Source: Pseudomonadota bacterium (lineage in GTDB: Bacteria > Desulfobacterota > Binatia > UBA12015). From it: a DNA stretch of 58,014 nucleotides. The notes below the pieces were generated by a model, which was not told the origin of the DNA, did not search any database, and was given only the letters and a program-made list of their open reading frames with translations. Below, in pieces: positions 1 through 8,934 of this stretch. Every line of letters starts with the position of its first letter. Within the stretch, counting starts at the first letter, position 1. The position numbers and the translations under genes are program-made. The stretch is taken from positions 1 to 58,014 of the forward strand of contig SXLG01000020.1 of assembly GCA_005777805.1 (NCBI GenBank), read 5' to 3'.

Positions 1-86
1 ACGTGTATGTGACGCTGACTGAGCGCCCGCCTGCCCGCCCGTAACAGCGCTACGGGCCAGGCGAGAGACGAGCGAGCCCAGCGCGC

Positions 87-548
87 GCCGGCCACCGCCA
101 TGCGGGAACCGTCCGCGCCGATTTCGTTGCCGTGCGCCGCAACCCAGCACACCGCGGCGTAGCAATCCTCGAGGGGGGTCGGGAAGCGATGCTCGGGGGC
201 CAGCCGGTAGTCGACCGAAACCACCACCGCCTGGGTCAGATTGCAGAGCCGGCGGCAGGTGCCGTCGTGGGTATCGAGGTTGCACAGCACCCAGCCGCCA
301 CCGTGAAAGAAGACGATCACCGGCCAGGGGCCAGAGCCTTCCGGCTGGTAGACCCGTATGCCGATCGGGCCGAGGGGGCCCGGGATCTCCCGGTTCTCGA
401 CTCGGCCCACCGGCTCGGGGGGGCCCATCAGGTTCACCCGGGCGCTCGAGAACGCGCGCGCCTGCGCGAGTCCGAGCTCGGGCAGATCGGGTGCGCCGGG
501 AGGCGCCAGCAGGTCCATTATTTGGCGGATGTCGGCGTCGAGCGGCAC
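87..548 (-). pseudogene. HSL-family (family IV) alpha/beta hydrolase/esterase, interrupted just before the catalytic GDSAG motif
   Basis: Manual translation from GTG 548 (AGGAGA RBS upstream): VPLDADIRQ...FFHGGGWVL...VDYRLAPEHRFP...IGADGSRMAVAG, then unrelated sequence (ARWARSS...) instead of DSAGG. Not in the ORF track. Confidence 0.8.
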
Positions 549-583
549 GGCTGCTCTCCTTCCCGGTGGCGTGGTCGGACCGG

Positions 584-997
584 TCAGCCGGCCAGTGTGC
601 GATTAATGCCCTTGATGCCACCGAGGTAGATGCCCTCGAGCAGCTTGCGGGCGTCGGCCTCGGGCAGGCCGGCCGGCTCGTAGCGACTCGACCAGGTGAC
701 CTTCGTCCGGTTGCCGCCGAGATCCGTGAGCAGCACAGTGGCGAGGTAGTCAGTCACCGGGATCGGGCCTGAGAGGATCGAGTAGGAGAAGCTCCGGGCC
801 GCATCGTCAAGCGCTTCAAGTCGCTCGCGGATGACGGCACCACCCAGGTTGATCTCGCGCACCGCGCCGACGTCCGTGCCGTCGCAGGTGCATTCGAGGC
901 CGGGGTTCCAGCGGCCGATGGCGCCGAAGTCCCGCACCAGCTCCCACACCGCCGCGACGCCGGCGCCAACTTCCCCTTCGACCTTGACCTCTGCCAT
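584..997 (-). CDS. SRPBCC (polyketide cyclase/MxaD-like) family protein
   Basis: MAEVKVEGEV...VWELVRDFGAIGRWNP...IRERLEALDDAARSFSYSI; AGGAGA RBS upstream of ATG 997. Confidence 0.85.
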   Translation of the reverse strand: MAEVKVEGEVGAGVAAVWELVRDFGAIGRWNPGLECTCDGTDVGAVREINLGGAVIRERLEALDDAARSFSYSILSGPIPVTDYLATVLLTDLGGNRTKVTWSSRYEPAGLPEADARKLLEGIYLGGIKGINRTLAG

Positions 998-1230
998 GTC
1001 CCGTTCTCCTCGGTTTCTCGGGCGGACGATCGCCGCGCCTCTCTGAGCAGACGGTGGCGCGCAAGTCACGCTCGGTCCGGACGAGCGACCGACTCCGTTC
1101 CGGCCCGGCGGTGGAGAAGGGTCGCCTGGGTGCGCAGAAGACAAATGCGCGCATCGTTCTCTGCCGCGATCGGCCACGATCGCGTGGAGGGTTTGCGCTG
1201 TCGTTCGATGGGGCGGGGCGACGAGGCGCG

Positions 1231-2238
1231 TCAGTCGTCGCGCGGGTCTGGCTCGGCCGAGAGGGGCCCGAGCAGGCGGCGGAGACCGGCCTCGAACTCG
1301 CGCACGGCGGCGCCGCAGTGCTCCTGCTTGAGCGCCGCCAGCCGGAGGTGGCCGGCACGGCGCTCGCCATCCCATTCGTCGGCGAAGCGACCCGAGGTGA
1401 TGTCGGCCGTCAATTCCCGCATCGTCGTCGCCAGATCGACCTGGTCGTAGCGTCCCCGCCGGGAGAGCTGGCCGTACTGACTGGTGGGCGAGTGGTGCTC
1501 CATCTGACGGGCGAAGCCTTCCTCGCGCAGCCGGCGGTAGGTGCGCTCGACCTCACCGGAGAGGAAGAGTTCGCAGAGGATGGCTTCGAGCGGGATGTCC
1601 TCGGCAAGCATCGTCGCGAGGAACGATTGGCTGACGTGAGCGAGGGCCGGCGAGAGCACCTGCTCGACGGCGAGGTCGATCACAGCTTCCTGACGGGCAC
1701 TCAACTCGATTGCTCCCTCGCGCAAGCCGCCCAGCGCGTGGGCCAGCGCCAGTGTGCGGGCGCGGGCGGTGCCGGTGACGTCGCGGTGCACGCCGATGGC
1801 GGTGATGAAGCCCGCGCCCTCCTCGTAGCAACGGCGCACTTCGGGTCCGAGCATGCGCGGCGCGATCATGCCGAGATCGCCCTCGGGTCGAAAACGGTCG
1901 AAGGCGAGGGTGTAACCGCTGGCAACGACGGTGAGCGCGCGCGGCGAGGGGGCAAGCGCCAACTCGGGGATCACGTCATCGGGAACGAGGACACAGAGCA
2001 CGTCGGCCGAGCTGGCGGACTCGATCGTTCCCGGCTCGAAACCGTCCGCAGCGGCCATCTCGCGCGAAGCGTCGGCCCGGGCGCAGACCCGCACCGCGAG
2101 CCCGGAATCGCGCAGGTTCCGGGCCCACGAGCGCCCTTGGTTGCCATACCCCACCACGGCGATGTCCACGTCGCGGAGCACAGAGGGGGTGGCGTCGGCC
2201 TCTCTCAGGATGCGCGTTCCAGTCGGGGTGTCGTCCAT
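1231..2238 (-). CDS. Divergent ketol-acid reductoisomerase (IlvC-like) oxidoreductase
   Basis: GYGNQG Rossmann motif, NLRDSG, LVPD, DLAVEQ, SPTSQYG, ITSGRFADEW; AAAGGA RBS. Confidence 0.85.
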   Translation of the reverse strand: MDDTPTGTRILREADATPSVLRDVDIAVVGYGNQGRSWARNLRDSGLAVRVCARADASREMAAADGFEPGTIESASSADVLCVLVPDDVIPELALAPSPRALTVVASGYTLAFDRFRPEGDLGMIAPRMLGPEVRRCYEEGAGFITAIGVHRDVTGTARARTLALAHALGGLREGAIELSARQEAVIDLAVEQVLSPALAHVSQSFLATMLAEDIPLEAILCELFLSGEVERTYRRLREEGFARQMEHHSPTSQYGQLSRRGRYDQVDLATTMRELTADITSGRFADEWDGERRAGHLRLAALKQEHCGAAVREFEAGLRRLLGPLSAEPDPRDD

Positions 2239-2307
2239 GTCGTCCTTTCTCGCACGAAACGCCGCTCGTCAATTGCGCTAGCTCGGCCACGCTGGAAGCT
2301 GGTCCGT

Positions 2308-2892
2308 ATGGCGGCACAAGCGGGGGCAGGGGCGCGAGCGGGGCACCCGATGGAGCGACTGCGGTTGGCGGCGATCGAGGCTTTCTCGAAACGGGGCTAC
2401 GAGGGCGTGGGCTTGCGTGACATCGCGCATGACGCCGGCGTGACCGTCGGTACACTCGGGTACTATTTCTCGTCGAAGGAAGAACTCTATCGCGAGTGCG
2501 TGCACGTTCTCGCGACGGACTACCTCGCCGCGGCGCGTGGCTTGTTGCAACACGGGGCCAGCGCACGAGCGGTGTTCGAACACTATATTGACTACGCGTG
2601 GGCCAACCGTCGGCTGATCCGGATCTGGCTGGACCTGCAAGGCGAACGCGCGCCGAGCCTGCGGCTCTATTCCGACCGCGAGGTGATGACTCCGGTCTGG
2701 CAGTTGCTGCGCCAGGCACTCCAACGCGAGGGCATGGATTCCGATGAAGGGCGATTGCGGTCATTGACTTTCATCGGGGCCGTCGTGCTCGGGGCCGTGC
2801 TGGAGGACGAGCAGGTGAGTTCACTCCTCGGTCCGGCCGACGACTCGCGCACCCGCTGGCGCCAGATGATCATGGGTCTCGTGCCGGTGTGA
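2308..2892 (+). CDS. TetR/AcrR family transcriptional regulator
   Basis: AAIEAFSKRGYEGVGLRDIAHDAGVTVGTLGYYFSSKEELY HTH; divergent from the IlvC-like gene. Confidence 0.9.
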   Translation: MAAQAGAGARAGHPMERLRLAAIEAFSKRGYEGVGLRDIAHDAGVTVGTLGYYFSSKEELYRECVHVLATDYLAAARGLLQHGASARAVFEHYIDYAWANRRLIRIWLDLQGERAPSLRLYSDREVMTPVWQLLRQALQREGMDSDEGRLRSLTFIGAVVLGAVLEDEQVSSLLGPADDSRTRWRQMIMGLVPV

Positions 2893-4324
2893 CGCTCGCC
2901 CGCGCCGGGCCGAGTGTCTCGAGGTAGATCTGCCGCACCAGGGCGATGTGTTGGTCGACGTCGTCGTGCGTCCAACCGGTCGTCGGGATCGGCGGCAGGA
3001 CCGTGACGTCAATGGTCGCCGGCCGAACCACCAGCCAGTGCCGCGGCAGGGCTTCGAGCGGGTTGCGCAGCACGATCGGCACGATGGGGACGCCGGCCGC
3101 CGTCGCCATCACGAAGGCCCCTTTCTTGAACGGCCCGGGCAGCGGCGTGGCGCTGCGTGTGCCCTCGGGGGCGATGGCGAGCGAGAGACCGCTGCGCAAA
3201 GCTTCCACCGCGGGGCGCAGCGCTTCGATCGCGCGGTCGTGGTCGAAGCGATCGACGAAGACGGTTCCGGCCAGGCGCAGGAGCGGTCCTAAGAAAGGGC
3301 TTGACTGGAGTTCGGCCTTGCCGATACCGACGAAGTCGCGGCGCAGCAGCTTGGCGATCAGCAGCGCGTCGAGGCCGCTTTGGTGATTGAAGATGAAGAC
3401 CGCCGGCCGTTGCGACCAGAGATGCTCCTCGCCCTGGACGCGGATCTCGATCCCGGCGAGGGCTGTCGCGAGCTCGCTGAAGGTCGAGGTCGCCAGATTG
3501 AGCGCGCGTTGCCATTCCCCCGTCGCCCACCACGCCGGCAGGCTGAGCAGGAGGGCGGGGCCGAAGCTCGCCAGCGCCAGCCCGGTGCGCAGGCTCTCGT
3601 CGAGCGTCGGAAACGAGCGCCGGGCGAAGTTTCTGCTTGGCCAGCCGCGTCGGGCGGCAATTCGGGCCAGGCGCCGCGTGGCATTGATCGGGCGCGGGTG
3701 GCCGACGATCTCGAGCAGCGGCAGGTCGTCGTCGCTGTCGGTGTAGAAGAAACTCCGTCCGAGGTCGCAATCATGCGCGGCCGCCACCTCGCGCGCGGCG
3801 GCCGCCTTGCCCTCGCCCCAGCAGGCCGGCGAGAGGTGTCTGCCGGTGAGCTTGCCGTCGCGGCTCTCGAGCCGTGTCGCCATGACGTGTGGGATCCCGA
3901 GCGAGCGCGCCACCGGGTCGACCTGGAAGGGTGTGGCCGAGGACACGACCGCCAGCGTGTGGCCGCGCCGTCGATGGGCTTCGACCAGGGCGCGTGCCTC
4001 CGGGAAGATTCGCGCCGCGATCCGCTCGTCGAAGAGGTGCTCGCCGAAGACGCGCAGGTCCTGCTCGGCGATGCCACGCAGCGCCTGACTCATGCCGCCC
4101 ATGAAGGCCGAGAACCCGAGCGTGCCGATCTCGAAGCTCGCCGCGGCCATGGTGAGGTCGAAGATCTGTGCGGCTCCGAAGAGCCCGCTGGTCATCCCGG
4201 CGCGGACGAAGGTGAGCGCCGAGAAGCCTTCGATCAGCGTCCGGTCGAGGTCGAAGAAAGCCGCGGTGGCAGGACCAGGCGGGCTCTGGTCGATTTCGTG
4301 CGTCAACTCGGCCTGGGCGGACAC
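2870..4324 (-). CDS. plsC: HAD-IB hydrolase / 1-acyl-sn-glycerol-3-phosphate acyltransferase fusion
   Basis: FFDLDRT and YTDSDDD HAD motifs; NHQSGLD and PEGTRS acyltransferase motifs; GTG 4324 start is approximate. Confidence 0.85.
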   Translation of the reverse strand: MSAQAELTHEIDQSPPGPATAAFFDLDRTLIEGFSALTFVRAGMTSGLFGAAQIFDLTMAAASFEIGTLGFSAFMGGMSQALRGIAEQDLRVFGEHLFDERIAARIFPEARALVEAHRRRGHTLAVVSSATPFQVDPVARSLGIPHVMATRLESRDGKLTGRHLSPACWGEGKAAAAREVAAAHDCDLGRSFFYTDSDDDLPLLEIVGHPRPINATRRLARIAARRGWPSRNFARRSFPTLDESLRTGLALASFGPALLLSLPAWWATGEWQRALNLATSTFSELATALAGIEIRVQGEEHLWSQRPAVFIFNHQSGLDALLIAKLLRRDFVGIGKAELQSSPFLGPLLRLAGTVFVDRFDHDRAIEALRPAVEALRSGLSLAIAPEGTRSATPLPGPFKKGAFVMATAAGVPIVPIVLRNPLEALPRHWLVVRPATIDVTVLPPIPTTGWTHDDVDQHIALVRQIYLETLGPARASVTPARDP

Positions 4325-4409
4325 GGGGACCTCGGCGACGGTCGAGTTGTGCCATCCCGATCCGGGCGAGGGAAGCGCGGGCCCCGGGCGGCGCACGGGG
4401 GAGGCGGTC

Positions 4410-4660
4410 GTGGTGCGGGCCCGTGCCCCGGTGCGGGAGGAGGCCGCGTGCGGCGCTGCCTTCGCGATGGGGCTCCCCGCTGTGGTGCGGGCCCGTGCCC
4501 CGGCGCGAGGGGAGGCCGCGTGCGACGCTGCCTTCGCGATGGGGCTCCCCGCTGGGGTGCGGGCCCGTGCCCCGGTGCGGGAGGAGGCCGCGTGCGGCGC
4601 TGCCTTCGCGATGGGGCTCCCCGTCGTGGTGCGGGCCAGTGCCCCCGCGTGGGAGGAGAA
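4410..4660. repeat. 72-bp tandem repeat, about 3.5 near-identical copies, in the divergent plsC/plsB intergenic region
   Basis: Units start at 4410, 4482, 4554 and 4626 (GTGGTGCGGGCCCGTGCCCCGG...GATGGGGCTCCCCGCT). Confidence 0.95.
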
Positions 4661-4708
4661 GACGTGACTGGCTGGTCTTGCCCGGTCCTCTCATGCTTGA
4701 TCTGGGGT

Positions 4709-7150
4709 ATGGCCGCGACCGAACCGAGCCCGCGCGCTTTCGCCACCGCGAGCGTTCCCCCCGCGGTCGCCGCTGCGGCTTGGCCGGGGCTCGCGGGCGT
4801 GCCGGTGGCGTTCGTGCTCGATGCCCGGAATCGCGTCGAGCGCAAAATGATCGAACACTGGATTGATGACCACCGCCCGGCCGAGGTCGCGCCGAGCGAG
4901 GTCCATGTGGTCGCATTGCGCCCGAGCCGCCGCCTCCGGTCCGGCCGGAGCGGGGCCGCGCTCGAGGCGCTGCTCTGCATGGCGGAAGATCCACTGCTGG
5001 CACCCCTGCGCGTGGTGTGGGGACGGACGGATAGCCATGGCGGACGGCCGCGACCCATCCGCGAATTGCTCCGGGTCGGCGACCCCTGGAGTCCGGGCGC
5101 CTTGTCGGCGTGGTGGCTGCGACGCCGGCACCCCGAGCGTTGCCGCATCGTGGTGGCCGAACCAGCGCGGGCCTCGGTACTGCGCCGGCGCTGGCACCAG
5201 ATCGGAGGTGCCGATCCGGCCGAGACCGCCGGACTCGTCTCGTTCGTCGAGCGGCAGGCGCAGCTTGCCCTTGAGCGAGCGGAGCGCGCAGCCCGCGGCA
5301 GTCGCTTCAAGGTGCCGCGCCTGGTGCGCGAGGAGATCGTGGCGCGGCCCGTGTTCCGCGCCGGGGTCGCGGCCCTTGCACGCCAGCTCGGCATCTCGGA
5401 ACGCCGCGGTCTGCGCCGTGCGGGCCGCTACCTGCGCGAGATGGCGGCCGAGCACAGCCGGCGGGTCGCCGAGCTCGCGGCCTATTTGATCCATCTGCTT
5501 TACACGCTCGGGTATCAGGAGGCGTTGCGCTACGACCGCGGCCGGCTCGAGTCAATCGCCCGGTTGAGCCAGCGCGCCTGCGTCGTTTTCCTGCCTTCGC
5601 ACCGCTCGAATCTCGACCACCTCGTCCTGCAGTACGCCCTCTGGGAGACCGGCCATCCGCCGAACCACACCGCCGGCGGCATCAATATGAACTTCTTCCC
5701 GATCGGTCCGCTGGTGCGGCGGAGCGGGGTCTTCTTCATCCGGCGCGCTTTTCAGGACAACCCGATCTACCGCTTCGTCATCCGCCAGTACGTCGATTAC
5801 CTCGTCGAGAAGAGATTTTCGCTCGAGTGGTACATCGAGGGCGGGCGCTCGCGCACCGGCAAGCTCCTGCCGCCGCGCTACGGGATGCTGGCCTACGTGG
5901 TGGATGCCTGGCGGCGCGGCCGGGCCGAGGACGTCTGGCTCGTTCCGGTCTCGATCGCCTACGACCAGATCCAGGACGTCCAGGACTATGCCGCCGAGCA
6001 GCGTGGGCTGCCCAAGCAGAAAGAAAGCCTCGGCTGGTTCATCCGGCTGGTGCGCTCGTTCCAGCGCCGGCTCGGTGCGATCCATCTGTCGTTCGGCGAG
6101 CCTCTCTCGTTGCGTGGCACGCTCGGCCCCGCCGGGAACGATCGGCCCCCGACCGAGGAATCGCTCGAGGTGCAGAAGCTCGCCTTCGAGGTCGCGGTCC
6201 GCATCAATCGCGTCACGCCCGTGACCGATGTCTCGCTGGTCACCCTGGCCTTGCTCGGCGCCGTCGACGAGGCCCTGACGCGGCGGCAGGTCGAGCGTTC
6301 GGTCGGCCCCGTGGTCGAGTACGTAGGCAAGCGCAGTATCCCGACGACCGGCGACGGGGCGCTGGCGACCGCCGGCGCGCTCGATCAGGCGCTCGAGGCG
6401 CTGGTGCAGAGTGGCGTGCTGCAGGCTTACCGCGACGGCCCGGAGCCGGTGTTCCTGATCGGCCCCGACCGACATCTCGCCGCTGCCTATTATCGCAACA
6501 CGATTGTCCATTTCTTCCTTGCCGGCGCGATCGCCGAGGTCGCGTTGCTCGGTGCCATGCGCGCGACCGCACACCGGCGCGAGATCTTCTGGCGCGAGGC
6601 AATGGCCCTGCGTGATCTGCTCAAGTTCGAGTTTTTCTTTCCGGATCGCGAGGCGTTCCGTGCGGAGCTGATGGGCGACCTCGCGAGCCGTGCCCCGGCA
6701 TGGGAACGCGCTCTCGGCGAAGGCGAGGCCGCGATCCGCCAGACCGTCGGCGGACTGTCGCCGCTGCTTTCGCATCGCGTGCTGCGACCGCTGCTGGAGG
6801 CGTATCTGGTGGTGGCCGAGGAGATCGCCGCGGCGGGCGGCGGGGGGATTGTGGCCGAGCCGGAATTTTTTGCGTGCTGCGATCGGCGGGCCAACCAGCT
6901 CCTGCTGCAGAAGCGTCTGCGCAGTGAGGAGGCCCGCTCGCGCGCCCTCTTCGGTTCGGCGCTGAAGCTGGCCCGCCAGCGTGGCTTGCTCGAGGGCGAA
7001 GGGGCCGAGCTTGCGGTGAAGCGCGAGGCTTTCCGTGGTGAGCTGGCGCAGCTCATCCGGCGGGTGGGCACGGTCGATGCGCTCGCCGCAGCGCGGCGCG
7101 CCGGTCTGGTCCGACCACCGGACGCGGCCGCCGAGACGGCCCGGGGCTGA
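4709..7150 (+). CDS. plsB: Glycerol-3-phosphate 1-O-acyltransferase
   Basis: HRSNLD (HX4D), GVFFIRR, YIEGGRSRTGK, VPVSIAYD and AYYRN motifs. Confidence 0.92.
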   Translation: MAATEPSPRAFATASVPPAVAAAAWPGLAGVPVAFVLDARNRVERKMIEHWIDDHRPAEVAPSEVHVVALRPSRRLRSGRSGAALEALLCMAEDPLLAPLRVVWGRTDSHGGRPRPIRELLRVGDPWSPGALSAWWLRRRHPERCRIVVAEPARASVLRRRWHQIGGADPAETAGLVSFVERQAQLALERAERAARGSRFKVPRLVREEIVARPVFRAGVAALARQLGISERRGLRRAGRYLREMAAEHSRRVAELAAYLIHLLYTLGYQEALRYDRGRLESIARLSQRACVVFLPSHRSNLDHLVLQYALWETGHPPNHTAGGINMNFFPIGPLVRRSGVFFIRRAFQDNPIYRFVIRQYVDYLVEKRFSLEWYIEGGRSRTGKLLPPRYGMLAYVVDAWRRGRAEDVWLVPVSIAYDQIQDVQDYAAEQRGLPKQKESLGWFIRLVRSFQRRLGAIHLSFGEPLSLRGTLGPAGNDRPPTEESLEVQKLAFEVAVRINRVTPVTDVSLVTLALLGAVDEALTRRQVERSVGPVVEYVGKRSIPTTGDGALATAGALDQALEALVQSGVLQAYRDGPEPVFLIGPDRHLAAAYYRNTIVHFFLAGAIAEVALLGAMRATAHRREIFWREAMALRDLLKFEFFFPDREAFRAELMGDLASRAPAWERALGEGEAAIRQTVGGLSPLLSHRVLRPLLEAYLVVAEEIAAAGGGGIVAEPEFFACCDRRANQLLLQKRLRSEEARSRALFGSALKLARQRGLLEGEGAELAVKREAFRGELAQLIRRVGTVDALAAARRAGLVRPPDAAAETARG

Positions 7151-7332
7151 TCCGCGGGGCGTCGGCGGTGGCAGGAGGTCGATTCGGGGCGTTCTTGAAT
7201 ACATCAATCGAGGGTGTGACCTGCGCGGGATGCGTCGCGCGCTCGGGTTGCGAGGGCGCGCAGGGATCGACACTCTCGATCGGCCTCGGGTCGCGACCGA
7301 CCGAGTGGAGGGATGCCGCGCGGAGCACATCG

Positions 7333-8934
7333 ATGAGGGGACACCGGCTCTTTCGGCGGCACCATGCCGCTGTGCTCGCGTGCTGGGCGCTGCTCGGTTC
7401 GGGGCGGGCCGCGGCGGCACCACTCGATGCCGCGGCGGCGCGTCTCCTCGGCCCGGAGCAGGGTGTCCATGCGGTCGCCGCGGACGGCACGGTTCTCGCC
7501 TCGCGGTTCGCCGCGCGAGCGGTCCATCCCGCGTCGGTGTCGAAGATTGCCTCGACGCTGGCCCTGCTCGAGCACTTCCCGCCCGAGCACCGCTTCACGA
7601 CTCGCGTGCTCGCGGCGGGTCCGGTGCGTTCGGGCGTGCTCGAAGGCGACCTCGTGGTCGAGACCGAAGGCGACGTCTTTTTCCTGCCCGAGGGTGCTCA
7701 TCGCGTGCTCGGGGTGCTCGAGCGCGCCGGTGTGCGCGAGGTGAGGGGCTCGTTGCGTGTGCGTGGTCCGCTGGTGTTCTCCTGGCACGAAGATCCGGAC
7801 GGAGTGGCGCTGGCGGCGGTGTTCGAGGGCCGGGCGGCGCGTGAGGCGTGGCCGCGCAGCGTGGCTCTCGATCCCGAGCTGGGTGACCGGCGGCTGGCGG
7901 GCGTCACGCTCGATTTCGCGGCTGCAAGTTCGCCAGGGAAAGGGGGCGTCTCTGGGCGTCGTCCGCTCGGCTTCGCGGGCAACCCCTCACTCCCAGCGTC
8001 GCGCGACGACCTGGAGCCCGGCGCCGAGCGTCGCACCCTCGGCTTCGCGGGTGCGCCGCCCGCGGGTGTCGTGGCCGAGACGCCGCTCGTGGAGTTCCGT
8101 TCGGCGCCGCTCCTCGAGCAGATCGACGCCCTCAACGCCTGGTCGAACAACATTTTCCGCCAGCTCGCCGAGCATATTGGGGGTGCGCGGGAGGTCGAGC
8201 GCATCGCCCGGGCGCGCGTCGCACCGGTCCTGCGCGATGAAATCGTGATCGACGACGCCGCGGGCGGCGGCACCACCAACCGCCTGAGTCCGCGGGCGAC
8301 GGTGGCGCTGCTGGCGGCGCTGTCGCGCCAGCTCGCGACGCGGGGGCTTGCCCTCGACGACGTGCTGCCGGTCTCGGGAATCGATCCGGGTACGCTGGCC
8401 AAGCGCCTCGACGGCCCAGGCGAGCGCGGCACTCTGGTCGGCAAGACCGGAACCTACGGCAGCCTCGGCGTCTCGGCGCTCGCCGGTGTCGTGCGCACCG
8501 AGCGCTGGGGCGAGGTGAGCTTCGCGATCCTGAACCGAGATGTGCCGGTCGAGCAGGCCCGTGCCCGCCAGGATGCATTCGTGCGCCACTTGCTCGAACT
8601 CGGCGGAGGACGGCCGCTCGGGCTGCGCCGGGCCTCATCAAGCCAGTATGCACCGGCGCTCGCCCACACCCAGATCGAGCCCGCTGGCGGCGCGCCGCAG
8701 GAGGGTGCGGGCGAGCGTGTGGGTGCAGGCGCGGGCGTCGGTGTGGGTGCAGGTGCGGGCGTCGGTGTGGGTGCAGGCGTGGGCGTCGGTGCGGGTGCAG
8801 GTGCGGGCGAGCGTGCAGGTGCGGACGCGGGCGTCGGTGCAGGGGCGCGTGCGGGCGAGCGTGCCGGTGCTGGCGAGGACGCGGGCGCCCCTGCACCGGG
8901 ACCCGGCTCGCGCCGGGGCGGGCGAGCGAGCTGA
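7333..8934 (+). CDS. dacB: D-alanyl-D-alanine carboxypeptidase/endopeptidase (peptidase S13, PBP4-like) with a Gly/Ala/Val repeat tail
   Basis: Signal peptide; PASVSK (SxxK), SNN (SxN) and KTG motifs. Confidence 0.85.
   Translation: MRGHRLFRRHHAAVLACWALLGSGRAAAAPLDAAAARLLGPEQGVHAVAADGTVLASRFAARAVHPASVSKIASTLALLEHFPPEHRFTTRVLAAGPVRSGVLEGDLVVETEGDVFFLPEGAHRVLGVLERAGVREVRGSLRVRGPLVFSWHEDPDGVALAAVFEGRAAREAWPRSVALDPELGDRRLAGVTLDFAAASSPGKGGVSGRRPLGFAGNPSLPASRDDLEPGAERRTLGFAGAPPAGVVAETPLVEFRSAPLLEQIDALNAWSNNIFRQLAEHIGGAREVERIARARVAPVLRDEIVIDDAAGGGTTNRLSPRATVALLAALSRQLATRGLALDDVLPVSGIDPGTLAKRLDGPGERGTLVGKTGTYGSLGVSALAGVVRTERWGEVSFAILNRDVPVEQARARQDAFVRHLLELGGGRPLGLRRASSSQYAPALAHTQIEPAGGAPQEGAGERVGAGAGVGVGAGAGVGVGAGVGVGAGAGAGERAGADAGVGAGARAGERAGAGEDAGAPAPGPGSRRGGRAS
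8701..8890 (+). repeat. Coding minisatellite, about 24-bp period built from GGTGCG/GGTGTG hexamers (VGAGAGVG)n
   Basis: Visible tandem repeat at the 3' end of dacB. Confidence 0.85.

Noticed and set aside
1-86. Group II intron 5' end or integron attC site at the esterase junction
   Set aside because: The junction reads GCGCG rather than GTGYG, there is no RYYYAAC...GTTRRRY pair, and too little sequence is available.
1054-2892. 612-aa ORF
   Set aside because: Antisense shadow of the IlvC-like gene read into the TetR gene; only 2308-2892 is credible.
4410-4660. Possible CRISPR array
   Set aside because: Whole 72-bp units are near-identical; there are no unique spacers.
3380-7150. 1256-aa ORF as a giant PlsB fusion
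   Set aside because: The N-terminal ~440 aa are the antisense shadow of plsC plus the tandem repeat; the real start is near 4709.
7195-7330. Promoter or riboswitch upstream of dacB (TTGAAT plus GC stems)
   Set aside because: No correctly spaced -10 element and no recognisable aptamer consensus.
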